Positions 13,224 through 27,270 of a stretch of DNA of 64,000 nt are shown piece by piece. The translations under genes were made by a program, and so were the position numbers. The notes under the pieces are model-generated. The model did no database searches. It had not been told where the DNA came from and saw nothing but the letters and a program-made list of their open reading frames with translations. Within the stretch, counting starts at the first letter, position 1, and each line of letters opens with the position of its first letter. Source of the stretch: Lama glama (taxonomy: Eukaryota); assembly GCA_028534125.1 (NCBI GenBank), contig CM052820.1, positions 50,964,001-51,028,000 of the forward strand, given 5' to 3'.

Positions 13224-14795
13224 GAACTACTGCCATCCCAACAAGAGGTCCAATGTTCCCCAGACTCCAAAGGCAGTGCCACTGACAGCAACAGCACATG
13301 ATGGGAGAAAAATGCTGAACTGTGGTTTTCCTCCAATTCTGCCATGGAACTCATTATGTGACCATAGGCATGTCACTCCTTCTCTGGGTCTCCTTTCATC
13401 AACTGGACACTAGGAGAGTGACCTGAAGGAAGGCCAAGTTCTGGTCAGCTCTAGGAGCTCAGGAATCCCTGTATCTATAAGCATATTGGAGGCACTGGAT
13501 AAAACCTAATCCCCAGCAGCCTGGCAAGGACAGACCACTCTGGGACAGAAGAGACTGAGAACACTTGGTTCTCCATGCCACCAACTCTGGCATGGGCCAA
13601 CACAACCTGCAAAAGGCAGAATAACAGCATATTGTATTGCTGAGGTATGAATAATTCAGTGTGCCAGAGCAACCTCATTATCTGCACGTCGTCACCCTGA
13701 AAAGCAAGGATAGTCTGCAGGGGAGCATCTGTACAAGGCTCAGCTCATAGTTCTGGCTTCCTTCTCATCTTTCAAGGCCAGGTGTGGCCCTTTCTGGGCT
13801 TATATCTGGTCACTCCTCCTCAGGAAGAGCATTTATTCTCAAGGTGATCACAGATCTGAGCAGCCCATTGGCCCACCTGGTGACATGGAGGAAGGGAAGA
13901 CCCCTTTTTTGACCTTGGAAAATTCCTGGAAGTTCCAGTTTTCTATGTCTGAATGCAGAGTCTTTTTGAGTCAGGGGGTAAAATGAAAAGAAACTAAGAC
14001 TTCTTGGTCACTGTACTTAACATTATCAAATCATAATGAGGTTTAAAACACAGAGATCTTACAGAGCTTAAGAAGAATATAATCAGAGACCCTGGAAATG
14101 ACACTTTCCATGTCTCATAAAAATCAGCATTCAAAAAACTAATGTTATTCTAGAGCTTCATTGGCAGGGTAAAATCTGTAATATTCTCAGGGAGGGGTAG
14201 GAAATATTAAAATCCAAAAGATGACACTTTGAGAATGCGTTACATGACTTAAAAGCCAACTAAACAGACAAAGATGGTTTCTGAAAACCAAAACCCCTTA
14301 AATCTTTATATTCTGAGGAAGGCAATTGATGTGACAGAAAAGTTCAAGACAGTTTCCCTGCAGATTATCCCCCTGGAACAGAATAAATGAATTCCCCATA
14401 CATTGTTGCTACGGCAGCCAGTATACATTGTCTCATGCTCAGGCACTCCCAGAGCCAGGTGGAAGGTTTTGACAAGAGACCCCAGATGGTGGGTGAATCA
14501 AGGGCTGGCCTCTCCTTTGCTGCTTCTCTCTTAAAGCTTTCACATATGTCCCTGGGCTCCTGGAACACATGTGTGACCTCAGGCATGGAGGCATATGCTG
14601 GCTCAGAGGGGTGGAGTCCAGAGCAGAACAGGGTGGGCCTAGTGAGCATGAGGCAATATAACAGAGCTGTCCAAAAATACTGATTTCATATGTTGTCATT
14701 GTGTCTTTGCCATTTTAGGCCCGTGGAGGAAATGGACTTGTGGGGAACAGACTCTTCTGCATCATACCCATTAACAAGGGAGAAGAAAAGCAAGA

Positions 14796-15191
14796 CTACA
14801 GTGGATACAGTGGTGCTCCCTTCAGAGCACATGCTGCCAGGAATATCAGCTGCTCCCTGTTCCCAGGTCCCAGTGGCACCTCTCACCAGGAATTGTGCCC
14901 AGCTACAGGGAACTCCCTCCCCCAAGGCCACACCCCCTCCCAGGGTGGCATGCAGCCAGTGACCGTCCGATGCAGAGATAAAATCCAGGAGAACCCTGCA
15001 AGAGCATCCCAGGCCTTTGTTTCCCTGAGGACAGGCTGAGACCTCTGTGGCCACCACACTGCTGTTCAGTGTCTCCCTTCCCTAATCCCACCTTCCTCAC
15101 GTCCTTCCAGGTCTAGCTCCTGCAGGAGCACTCCAATACCCTGCCATACACAATTCTTAGAGTCTGTTTTCAGGGAATCCAACCTAAGATG
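14796..15191 (+). mobile_element. ERVL LTR16-like solo LTR
   Basis: Starts ...GTGGATACAGTGGTGCTCCC and ends AGAGTCTGTTTTCAGGGAATCCAACCTAAGA. Confidence 0.6.
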
Positions 15192-15577
15192 ATGATTAGT
15201 GAACATGAATGGGCTGATTCAAACTTGGCAAACGAGTAAACCTTGGGTTAACAGTTTTAGAAAACGAGTTCCAATCAATTGGAACATGTTTTCTATGAAA
15301 TGTTTCCAGCTTAGGGTAGAAAATAACATTTCCAACTGTATTCCTCTGTTAGAAGAAAAGATTATTAAACTTTTGAAGCAGAGAAATGTGAACATTCTCA
15401 GCGCACAGACTACCTGTAAGAACTGCGGAGAAGGACACCACATCTGGTGAGGTACCTGTGACATGCAGGGGGGACCACCTCCCCAAATGTGTGTCTTCTA
15501 CAATTTAGGCAACAATGGCTCTGGCTTGCCCTTGGCACTCTGTCTGAATCGCTGTTTACTCAATGGGAGCCTCTTAC

Positions 15578-15712
15578 CTCCAGGACCAGCCACAGCTGTC
15601 CTCCCACACAGTGATCCGTTTTGTAAAACATCCCATAAAACTTTACAACGTTGGGATGATTTGGAAGAAACTGCAAAATGTTGTATTCTGCCTCAATCTC
15701 TTCATCCATATC
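15578..15712 (-). CDS. MYO3B: MYO3B exon 3 (alphaC helix to hinge); absent from the ORF track
   Basis: tgtgtag|GAT ATG...CTG GAG|gtaaga; 135 nt, phase 0-0; [45 protein letters not shown]. Confidence 0.97.
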
Positions 15713-16440
15713 CTACACAAGGTACAAAATGCATGTTGGATTAGGTATAATGTGTGGGGAAGGGTACAGGTATGATATCATGATCAAGCAACCAGTTAAT
15801 AAAGCATATTTAGTCTGCATTTTAATGGCATCATTACCATATTTTGAAAAAACCTAACACTGGATATTTAGAGCCCAACTAAAGCTTTCTAACTATTATA
15901 TCAATAAAATATCTTCATTATATATTTTAATAATATTATAAAGATTTTTTTTAATTTAAAAATGTCTGAATATGCAAAGCAATTATGGAGAAATAGCTCA
16001 AAGGGACCCAACCAGGATAGGGCACATAACCACACTGTGCAAAACAGTGCACAGCATTATAACCTCGGTGTTCAGTATTCTGAAATAGGATGCCAAGGTA
16101 AGATGACTGAATACCACAAGTCTGGGTGACTTTGTAACTTACTGAGAGACCAGCCTCTGTATAAGCCAAATATATCACTCTTTCCAAGAGAATAACTTTT
16201 GAAGAGCCCAGGGGACCAAAACCAAAACAACAGTAAAATGGACAAAAAAGGGAAAATCAAGGACAGTTTTAACTCCAAATGGAGTCCGTTCATTCAGATG
16301 ATCTGACTCATAACTCATTTTGAGATTTTAAGTCAGGTTTTATTATCCCTAGAAAATTATCCATAGAACCAGGAAAGAAGTTGAAAGCTCAGTGTGCATG
16401 AAACACTATACTGTGGTTATAATTTATAACCATTACTTAC

Positions 16441-16624
16441 ACTGATTGGATCTAGAATTTTTACTGCGGCCAGGCTCCCATCTCTCTTGTTAGTTACTTT
16501 GTAGACCTTGCCATAGGTGCCTTTACCTATGGTCTCTATAATTTCCCAGGTATTTGTAGGATCTGGAAGTGACTCAAGTCCAAGCATTGTGGGGTTGTAA
16601 TGAAACAATCCATACAGATGTTTC
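16441..16624 (-). CDS. MYO3B: MYO3B exon 2 (kinase Gly-rich loop and catalytic Lys)
   Basis: ccaccag|G AAA CAT...ATC AGT|gtaagt; 184 nt; [61 protein letters not shown]. Confidence 0.97.
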
Positions 16625-16709
16625 CTGGTGGGAAGAAGAGTTTGTTATGTGCAGCAGATCACAGGATTATTAGCACCAGTGGGCTTTTGGAAAAAGAATA
16701 TTTTTTTTC

Positions 16710-16876
16710 AATCTACCATATATCACAGAGAACTATATTAAATATCTTGTAATAGCCTATAACAGAAAAGAATCTGAAAAAGAATATGTGTATGTATATG
16801 TATAACTGAATCTCTTTACTGTACATCTGAAACTAACACAACATTGTAAATCAACTATATGTCAATTTTTTTTAAT
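16710..16876 (+). mobile_element. L1 3'UTR fragment, under 100 bp from the exon 2 acceptor
   Basis: ATATCTTGTAATAGCCTATAA...CACAACATTGTAAATCAACTAT, same family as the other L1 ends. Confidence 0.85.
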
Positions 16877-18379
16877 GGAAAAAATATATTTATTTCTTAA
16901 CCAACAACCCTGTGATACTTTTGTTTTCTTTTCCTGTTCTGTTTTAACTAGATTTTTTTAAAAGGGATTTGAAGCCTCCTTAAGACATGAGGGTAGAAGA
17001 CAGAGAGGTGGCGGACATAATTCTGAAACATCTTTGAAAACACAATTCTAAAAGGAGGGAGTAAAACGGCCAAAGAGGAGGTCCAGTCATGACCAGACAA
17101 TCATCACTCTAGGTTGCTGAGTGGTGGCTGCTTTTGCTGCCAGCAAAAATGGCTGAAAGCCATAGGTCTAAGATCTTTGTGCCCAGGTTACAGTACCTAG
17201 ACCAGGCCTCCCTGATGGTCACTGGAAACCAGTATCCAACCTCTATGTGCAAAGTCTGGGCTGTTAGGAAGAAGGATCTGGTGCCCGTACCAGGCATCAG
17301 TCCACTGCCATCCAGGTCTTGGGTCCTGCAAGGATTAGTCAAGCCCAGGCCCCATCCACACAGCAACAGCACAGTGTGGGAATCGCACTGAGTGGTTAAC
17401 CAGAAGCTGCAAACTCACTCTGCCTTAGCAGTACTTGATTTAATAAGGACACAGCTCCATGGAGTTTAAGACCTTTTAAGTACCAGCAGCAAGCTTGACA
17501 GGCAAACAAAGTCACCTGAGACTGATCCCACAAAAAAGCCCCGTTGCTCCCAGGCTAGAAGGGTCCCAACCCCAGTCTGCTTCTAACCCCAGGGAAGGGG
17601 CCATCAGGCTCCAACAGCACGAGCCACAGCATTCACCCCTGACACCATGGCTGAGTGTCCGCCCAGGGTGAGCATTTCTGCCTCACACTGGGCAATCCAA
17701 TTTGTACTTCAAATTCTAATTATCTTCTAGACTGCAGTCTCTCAAGACACACACAGCCTTCTGACTTGGAACAAAAATCTACTTTTTATCCTTACTCTTT
17801 CTGATGGGAACATTTCAAAGATACTGAAAACCATTACCAAAACAAAACAAAACAAAACAAAATCCCAATAGCTGTGGAGTTGATACTGGAAGGGAATCTG
17901 TCCTTCCAGGGTTCACCTGGCAGGTATACCATGCTCTTAAGGGTCCTCCAACCAGCACCTCGAGAGACCAGTCCAGGCTCACCCTGGGCTGAGACACTGA
18001 CCATAAACAGTCAACTGGACACACACCTCCTGCCTTTCAACCACTATTTCAAGATTGGAACAAACAAACCTTTCCTCCTGGCCAGCATTTCACAAAATCA
18101 ATCTTTCTCACCAGGTGTTTCACAATTTTTGACATGTGTACATTACCTGCAATATTAGTTACTAACTACATGTATATTACTTGCTTCTGCATACAAACAA
18201 ATGTCCTTTAAAGGCACTTTATATCCCTACAATAAATCATTTGCCATATATCAAAATTATTGCAAAAAGATGATTATGCTAAAAACAATAGTTGTCCAAG
18301 TCCAGCCAGATGCTGCTGCCCTCTGTTCTGTTGGAGAAAGGAAGATCATGGAGTGACAGGGTGGAATTAAAGACTAGCA

Positions 18380-18738
18380 AATCTAAATCTCTAGACTAGA
18401 ATCTAAAAAAAAAAAAAGATAAAAATTCTATTTACAAACCAGACTCACAGACATAGAAAACAAACTATGGTTACCAAAGGGGAAAGGGTGGGGAGGGATA
18501 AATTAGGGGTTGGGGAATTAACAGACATACATTACTATATACAAAATAGATAAACAACAAGGTCCTACTGTACATAACATAGGGAACTGTATTCAATTTC
18601 TTGTAATAACATATAATGGAAAAAATCTGAAAAGAAAATACATATATATATATGTATATGTATAACTGAACCTCTTTGCTGTGTACCTGAAACTAAGATT
18701 GTTAATCAACTACACTTCAATAGAAAATTTTTTTTTAA
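18380..18738 (+). mobile_element. L1 3'UTR fragment
   Basis: AGACTCACAGACATAGAAAACAAACT...CAACTACACTTCAAT, similar to 50590-50870; TSD AAAGACTAGCA at 18369-79 and 18739-49. Confidence 0.88.
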
Positions 18739-19798
18739 AAAGACTAGCACAAACTTTTCCCTAACATCATCAGAAGAACGTAAAAGAGAATCAGCAAGGG
18801 AATAATTTTGGCACCATACGTTTCAGTGTCCTTTATTGCAAGGTCACCAAAACCCCTCAACACTTTGAGAACTCCTCTAGGCTCAGCTTCTACAAGAGCA
18901 GAAAGCAGACTGGCTAGGGGTGTTGGTCAAGGCCAGACAAGAAGGGATACAGAGGGGAGTGAGATGTGCTTCCTAGAGGGAAGAACCGGGCTCATCAGCC
19001 TACATAGACGGTCCCTGTGGCCCCATCAGAAGGGACACTTGCATCTGGGCTCAGTGCCTTGACACAGAGGCGCTCAAGTCAAATTGCCTGCAAAACCCGG
19101 GCCCCGCCCAGACCAGCTCTGAGAGTAGTCTCATCTCTTTGCGCCCCATCATGGTGCTGCTGCATCCTACTTCACAGAGTCACTATGTGAGGATGAGGGG
19201 ATGATGATAGAATAAAGTGGGCACAGTGAACACTCAGCAAGTGTCATCTGCCATCACAAGGGCACAGCACCAAGTTGGGCTTCAGAACAGGCAAGGCTTG
19301 ACAGAGCTTCCTGCTGTTTTATTTCACCCTGAGCCACACACCAAATGAGAACCAAATTCGTTTTTCTCCAATCAGTTATGTGCTTCAGACCAGTGGCTGG
19401 AATTGGTGTGTGCGTGCAAGTGAAATTAAATCAGGGAATGTGGCAGCGGGAAAAGACTGCAGAGGCCATCGAATCAAGTGGTTTGCTAATTATTTTTGGC
19501 CACAACATCCTTCTGTTAAATGAAATCTCACTTAGAATGCTGATGGACAAGCTGAGAGAAGCAGTGCAGCTCCGGCTGAGGCGGGCTGGGGAACCAAGTG
19601 CCTGTCCTGTGCCTCCTTCAGGAGACCAACAGGGTGACCAACCACTCCGGTCTGCCTGGGGCTGCCTCAGGTTAGCACTGGAAGTCCGTGTCCTGGGACA
19701 CCTCTCAGAACTGGGTTGGTCACTCTAGTCTCAGGGGTCTCCTCAGAGCATTAGAAAACCATTGATTGAGCGCCCTGCACCAACGGCACCTCACCCCC

Positions 19799-20171
19799 TG
19801 CTATGGGCTGGTCTGTATCCTCCCCAGTTCATATAGATGGTGAAGTCCTAACCTCCAGTACCTTGGAATGTGACTGCATTTGGAGACAAGACCTGTAAAG
19901 AGGTGATTCAGGTAAAATGAGGTTACAAGGCAGGGGGAGCTAATCCACATGACTGGTGCCCTTACAAGATGAGATCAGGGCACAGACATGCACAGAGGAA
20001 AGACTACGTGAAGACAGGGGAAGGCAGTCATCTGCAAGCCAAGGAGGAAGATCTCAGAAGAAATCAATTCCACTGACACCTTGACCTTGGACTTCTGGCC
20101 TCCAGAACTGTGAGAAAACACACTTCTGCTGTTTAAGCCCCCTAGCCTGTGGAAGTCCTAGCAAGCCAACA
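19799..20171 (+). mobile_element. MaLR MLT1B-like LTR
   Basis: TGCTATGGGCTG...GAATGTGACTGCATTTGGAGA...GGACTTCTGGCCTCCAGAACTGTGAGAAAA. Confidence 0.85.
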
Positions 20172-21989
20172 GACTCTCAACTTACAGATGAAGAAACTGA
20201 ATCCAAGACTGGTGACCCACCTGTTTAGAGGCAGGACAGGTATGAGAATCCAGGCCTCCCTAGGCCCAGGACCTTTGCTCCACAGAATAGAATGAAGGGA
20301 GTCAGCTAGTTAACAATGGTTATTTCTGACCAGCTACACCAACTATTGACAAGGTATGCGGGGGAAATACCCTCAAACACATGGAGGCTACATGCCTCAC
20401 GGATCTAATGGACAGCAATCCCTGCAAAACAGGAACAACTCACCAGAGGGATTCATCTATAGTTGGCACCAATAGTGAGTGAGCAGTAGGCAGACCAGTC
20501 AGGTTCCTCCGCCATGCCCATCACGTCGACCTGGGCATTCAGAGACAAGGTTAAATAAAGGTGTAACAGAACAGGTGCACATTAATCGGATTGCCAGTCT
20601 TCTCTCTTTAAAATCAATACGTGACTCTATAAACTCTCTGATGATTGATTAAACAGTCAGCCCTATGAAGGTGGTGATAATCTGCTCGGGGGAGGCAGCT
20701 GGAGCAGCCCTTCTGCCAGCTGAAAAGCCGCTCTTGGCCAGAACATTAACCCTGAGGGTAGACTGCACTTCTGCCTATGTCCGTGTGTGTTTGGGGCATG
20801 ACAGGGCTGGGGCCCCATGGAACTAGCCAGAGTTGACCAAAATAGGGCCAGGAGCAGTTTGGAGTGAAAGGGAAGCACCTGGGACCTCAGGACTCTAGAA
20901 CCCTCAGAAATCCCCTCGGAGACAGATGGGGCCTCTGTCCTTTATTTGGACCTGAAATGATAGGGTAACCTGGGAAGGCTAGAAAACTCAGGTTTCACAG
21001 GCTACTCTCACTGAAAAACAAAGAGGATGAATCTATCTGGGAAGAGATGAGTGATGGCACTTGTCAGCATAGGGGAAGCTCGTGCAGTTTACAACCCAAT
21101 GCTGAAGGCCCACGGGCCTGGACATGTTTGTGTGTGCAGCTGCTCTAGAGTGAAGACTTGATGAATACTCTGACTCTGCATATAATAGTATTAAGTACAA
21201 GTCAGTGCCACAAACGGATATCTGATCTACCCTCTCAGAGCAAGATTCTGCTGTCCCCCATCTTCCTGCTGCATCCAAACCTTTCCACTACTTGGAACAG
21301 CTATTAGCAAGGCAAAGAGGACATCACCTAGGAAAGATACCTCACCTCCATTCAGCAGGTAAGAGTAAAGGTATTAAAGAAATATTTTCCTATCTTTGCC
21401 TACATATCATTATTAATCAAATATCTAGGAAATACTCAAACTTTTCATTACTTAGGCCACTAAATAGATAGACAAGCAGATAGATATTTAATAAGAGACT
21501 TTATCCTTGTGGTAACAGAGACCCTTGGAAGTTAAGAACAATAGTCTTTTTCCTTGTTTTGTTTTGCTTTGTTTCATCTTTAAAAGGCAAACTCCTAGAG
21601 TCAGAGGCCGCATCTCTTTATGGCAGCTGAGAAAGCAGGCTGTCAATAACATTCTTTCTGCTGATAAGTACAAATGGACTGAAAATGACCCCTGTTTGCA
21701 ACTAATAGCAAGGGCAGGTCCTGCTCCACCAGAGAACAGCTCAGCTCCAGGTTACACTTGCCAGGTTACACTTCACACTGCAGTGAGGAGTTTCATGTAT
21801 GGCTGTAAACTAAAAGCACATCTGCTGCTCTATCTTATCAGGATTGAATGCCTGTAGACATCCTTAGGAATTTTGGTTTCAGTTATCAGCAGAGGACACA
21901 CTTTTAAAAATAAGCTGAAATAGTCCATGGCTAGGTTTTGTCAAACATTACATCATAGAGATTTTGATTCCACACATTTCTAGCATCAC

Positions 21990-22640
21990 AAAAAGGAAGT
22001 TAGGCATTATGAATCCTGATGGAAAAACACACCACTACCTAAGAAAAAGTGACGCCAAAAAACTTAAACCTGAATCTGACCAAGCTTCTAGATTACCAAT
22101 TTATAGGAATGACACAGGTCAGAGCAACATGCTAGACAACACCGTGGGTGCACAATACACAAAATCCAGACCAAGGAAGAAACCCTCAAAGACAAATGAC
22201 CCAACTTCTTCAAAAAAAATTTTTTTAATAAAAATAAATAAGTTGAAAGGGTAACCTGGATTAAAAGAGGCTTCAGATACACACCAAATGTGAAATGAAG
22301 TCTGGATTCACAGAAAAGCTAAAAAAAATAAGTTATGAGATAATTAGAACACTGACTATTTGATGATATTAAAGAAGTTATGTTTTAGTTGCAATAATTG
22401 TATTTGTGATTGTATTTTTAGTCCTCATCTTTTAACAATAATACATCCTGAAATATTTACAGGTACAACAGGACACTGTCTGGAAAAATATGAGTGGAAA
22501 AAGTAAGGGGCATAACATGACACAAGACTGACCATAGAGGATTCTTATTGAAGTTAAGTACATGGGGGTTCATATTATGTTCTGTTTACTTTTGTATGTT
22601 TTTAAATTTCCTATTACAGAAATTATTAAAAAGTTTTTAA
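21990..22640 (+). mobile_element. Old L1M (L1MC/L1ME-type) 3' region
   Basis: AAACCTGAATCTGACCAAGCTTCTAGA...CAAAATCCAGAC...GACAAATGACCCAACTTCTTCAA and a typical A/T-rich 3' end. Confidence 0.65.
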
Positions 22641-23845
22641 AAACTCTGTGTAATTAATATACGTCAGTGCACATCCTGGCATTCATATACCTGGTCAATC
22701 CCACCCCTCCCCGAATTGTTTTCCCACCACCAGGTTGGGTGATATTCTAAGAAAGTCTCAAAGTCTCACATGGGCTAGTACTTTACTCATGTAAGAAATC
22801 GTAAACCACTAATATAAGGCCGAAAACAACCAAAAAAACACCCTGGCATTTGATTCACTTGTATTGTCAGAAAGTCACCTTCCCAATCCACCTCTAGGTG
22901 ACTGAAGCACAATCAGTCCCCCTTGGTGGCTGATGTCCTGGCCCAAACTGCCACTAAACGCAGAACTGTAGTTAGGAGAAACTAATGAACCGCTGAATGG
23001 CACAGGAAAATCAATAGGCAGAAGAAGGCGACCTTGCCTTCTTCTGCCCCTGCAACTTCTGTTCTTTCTTCCTGAAGGAGAAAAAGAGTAAGAATATCAA
23101 TACACAGACACTGAAATGAACAAAGAGACTCATCACCACAGAGACCTGTAATCTTTTTCATCTGTTACCTGAAAAAGAAACTGCCCAATGTCATGAGGCT
23201 GGATCTGCCCAAGGCTAAACACAGTGTCACATAAAGAAGAGAAAAACATCCACTAACTAGCTGGGTGGGTGGTCAGTGAAAGCCTAGAGGGAAAAAAGTG
23301 AAGAACAGTCCAAGGTGAGCCTTGGCTTTGACAATAAAGGGAACAAATTTCACATGGTGTCCTTAAAACTGATGTGTTTAGTGAAAAGGGAAAAACGAAT
23401 CCACAGGAGAAAGGCACTCCTGATAAATTCCCTGCTCATTCACCTGTGTCTTTTTGGAGGCCCTAAGAGCTGATATACCAGAAGGGGCCAAGAGCAAATA
23501 GATGAGCTCTGTGCTTCTGGCACTGAAGTGAGCACTAAGCATCCCCACTGTGAAGTGTGGCCATTTCCTCCACGTCCCACTGCTCTGTCCTGGTGCTTTG
23601 CCCATCACCTCCTTGGATTAATCAAAACTAGACTTGGTGACTCCAAGGTGACTGTACATCATCTCCTCTTCTTCCAACAATAGGCCATAAATTAGACCAA
23701 ACTACCATAAAGTTTATTATTTGTGCACTAAGTAGTTATTAAATGCCAATTGTATGCAAGCTCTGGACTAGGTTCTACAAGAAATGAGGAAGAATAAGAA
23801 ACTTAGCTCTGCTTTTCAGGTTCTAAACTTGTTTAAAAAACCTTT

Positions 23846-23950
23846 GTGGGGGGATGGGTAACAACTCAGTGGTACAGCATGTGCTTAACATGCATGAGGC
23901 TCTGGGTTCAATCTCCAGTACCTCCATTAAGACAAACAAACAAACAAATT
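23846..23950 (+). mobile_element. tRNA-derived SINE (vic-1-like)
   Basis: AACTCAGTGGTACAG...GGTTCAATCTCCAGTACCTCC, (CAAA)n tail; TSD AAAAACCTTT at 23836-45 and 23951-60. Confidence 0.85.
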
Positions 23951-24684
23951 AAAAACCTTTCTGACCTCTGGGGTGAGACAGAAGGGTGAAGTCAGGTATC
24001 AAGTTTCCCTAAAACTAAGTGAATGTACATTGTTAACAGCAAAAATATTGAAATCGAGCAAACAAAACAAAAAAAAGTATGAGCATTAATCAAACAAAAG
24101 AAGGTATATAATTTCATGCCATCATCGTTGAAATAGCATCTGGGGAAAGTGAGAGATGGAAGATCCCAGGAATCACTGCTTGTTCTCAGCCCAGCTCTCT
24201 CTCTTCTCTGGGAAGTGTGGTAAATTTTGGAGACAGAGATTGGACAAAATTGTGAGAAACCTCAATAACCCTCCCTATTTAGAGAGAAGTAGACAGAGAG
24301 GGTGAATCACCAACAGGGAAATAAGTTCAGGCTCATCACTTACATATTTAGTAAGAATTTATTAAGAATCTGTTTGCCTACATTACTCAAAACTAGGCTT
24401 CGTGGGTCATTAAAAGAAGTAAAAGAAACAATCAGGCTCTATTCTAAAACAAGTTACACTTCCAAAGGTATGCAGGAAAAGATGTCTCCTGCCAAGTGGA
24501 ATAATGCTAGCACAACATTTTAAACAATATTTTGGAAAGGAGAGCAAAGTCAAATTCCATCAAGCATGATTGTCCCTAATGTCCAACACCCATACATCTG
24601 AGGGCAAAGTGAACAGCCCACACAGAAGATTCTTGGTAAAATTACTGAATATCTAGGCAGAGAGAATTTTCAGGTATAGAGGAG

Positions 24685-24736
24685 ACACACACACACGCAC
24701 ATGCACACACACATGCACACGCACACGCACACACAC
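24685..24736. repeat. Imperfect CA/CG microsatellite
   Basis: ACACACACACACGCACATGCACACAC..., alternating purine-pyrimidine. Confidence 0.85.
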
Positions 24737-24769
24737 CAAAACAAAATGAAAAGCAAGTAAAACAGAACA

Positions 24770-27270
24770 AAAACTCTGGCTTCTCTCCATACCAACATTC
24801 AATACCCAATAAGGGAAAACATGTCATTTATGCGTACAAAGTTCTCAGGGAGAAAAAAATGTGAACAAATATTTTTATATTTAGCCAAAGTGTTGTTCAA
24901 ATATAAAGACAACAACAGACATTTTCAGACATACAAGAGCTCAGTGACTCCATGGGTCCTACTTGAAAAAAAGAAAAACAAAAAAAAGATTTGAGTCCCA
25001 AACCCAGCAAACCAAGAGATAAATGTGGAGCTCTAGTAAAAAGTCTGACAGGAATAACTGACCCATTTATATTTAGAAATGATGCTAAGCAACAGTATGA
25101 AGTACATTTACAGAAGGAAATGGTTATATATTTCAATAATAAAAAATAATAAACCAAATTCAGAGGAAGGCGAGGGGAAGTTTCTTCACTTTCTAAAGAT
25201 GATAAATCAAGAAATTGAGATTTAAATATACTATTTAAGGTTATAAAGTTAACCAAGTGAAATGACAATAATAACAAAAAGGAGAAAGTATATGTGTTAA
25301 TTTTCTTACTCATCTCACCAAGTCAATAATCAATAAATTTATAAGCAGAGGTTAAAACCACTATATAAAGTGATAAAAGGAATCTCTAAAAGACCAAAAA
25401 AAAGACTATAAATCTTTGACATTATCATTTAAATGTATACGTATATAGACACATACATATACCATAGGAAGAAAAGACAATCCATATGGTAAGAGATGGA
25501 AGGGAGCACTAAAAATAGAAAATATAGACAAACAATAAGGTCCTACTGTACAGCACAGGGAAAGATATTCAATAGCTTGTAATAACCTATAATGAAGAAA
25601 ATACATATAAAACTGAATCACTATTCTGTATACCTAAAACTAACACAACATTGTAAATCAATTATATACTTCAATTTAAAAAAAGAAAATTTTAAAAATA
25701 GAAAATAGAATATAAGTTAAGAAGCATTAAGACTGAAAAGATTTATTGTATCAATAAATACAGGATTCTTTGATGAGGTCAAAATACAGAACAAACCAAA
25801 TCTATAGAAATCCACATTAAAAGAAACTCTCTAAGAATCTCTATGACTCAGAAAGGTTAAAAACAAAAAGGAGATAAAAGATAACAGTCAAATGGTAACA
25901 ACAACAACAAAAATAATCATAATATTAATATCAGAAAAGAGTAAATTCAAGTCAGAAACTACTAAAGAACACAAAGTGTTATTAGTACATTCGATAATGA
26001 TAATTGAGCAATTACTATGCATCAGGTACTGTTACAATGACCAAAGTTTAAATTAGTAATGAGCTTATAAGTGGTATAAATCTTTCAGCACCAAAAACAA
26101 AGCATTAAAATTCATAACAACATTACCCTCTAGAATCAACAAAACACAATAATAGTAACAGATACTGTCAACCATGACAGAACAAGGAGACAAAATAATA
26201 AAAAATATGTATAATATAACCAATACGGTTAACCCAGTAGATACACATCAAAGTGCATACCTAACATAAAACTTCAAGTACTGATGAAATATTTAATTTT
26301 AAAAATAAAGAATACATTAGTCCACAAAGTAACATCTCAGTGCATTCCAGGAAAGTGGAATTAGAACAATCTTCCCTGGCCACACTACAATAAAACTAAA
26401 TATTAATAATAAAAACAAGAAAAAGCCTAGCCATCTGAAAATTTTAAAACTCTCTCAAATCTTGATGCAAAAGAAAAAGTTAAAATTAGAATATATAAAA
26501 AAATAGCAATACTAAAGATACTACCTAGCAAAAAACTTAGGAAGCTGGGCTTAAAGTAAAACCTTATAGTTGTGAACATTTTACCAACCAAACTGTAGTA
26601 AAAATGAATGAAAAACCATTGTATTCAAAAAGGTAGAGATGGCTCAACAAATGTAATACAAAATCAACCTAAAGAAAGTATAATAAAAAAAAAGCAGAAA
26701 TTGATGAATTAGAAAACAAAAAAGTAATAAAATACATAATTAAAGGTATAGTTCTCTGGGGAAAAACAAAATAAAACATAATAATTAAACAATTTAGTCA
26801 AAAAAAAAGATTATTTCTAACAGAAAACAAGATACAACGTCAAGGTCCATGGTTATGGAGAGATTATATAATAAATCATAATAATTACATAAAATGAAAT
26901 ATCATCTAACCACATGTAAATACTTAAAGAAAGAAGATAAGTTTTGTTTTAAGTAATATGGAAAGAATGCCAAAATACACAATTATATGTTTTCAAAAAT
27001 ACTGAACATTGTGTAAAGGTAACTTTTGTGTAAATAAAAATATTTACATGTACAGCCATTTTATGTACATGTTTATGTGTGTGCATCTCTCTCTCTCTCT
27101 ATCTTTACATATTTCCCAGAAGGCTATAAAACTCAAACTTTAGGGAGAAGTACTAAGAGTCAGAGAGGCTGGGAAAGAGAGAAATTAATATAATTTTTTA
27201 AAACCTTTTATCTTTCCATACTAGTCTTTTTTTTGCTGGTGCATATATTATTTTATTTTAAAAGATAATT
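24770..27270 (+). mobile_element. Highly decayed old L1M fragments
   Basis: Strongly A-rich plus strand with ORF1/ORF2-like remnants (GACCACACTACAATAAAACTAAATATTAATAA; GCAGAAATTGATGAATTAGAAAAC). Confidence 0.6.
25522..25692 (+). mobile_element. L1 3'UTR fragment nested in an older L1
   Basis: AAGGTCCTACTGTACAGCACAGGG...ATACTTCAAT; flanked by TAAAAATAGAAAATA direct repeats near 25510 and 25693. Confidence 0.82.

Noticed and set aside
16417-16608. ORF-track starts and ends for the kinase ORFs (also 5755-6042 and 6149-6415)
   Set aside because: These are exons read through into introns; the 16608 start is a TTG. True boundaries are the splice sites listed.
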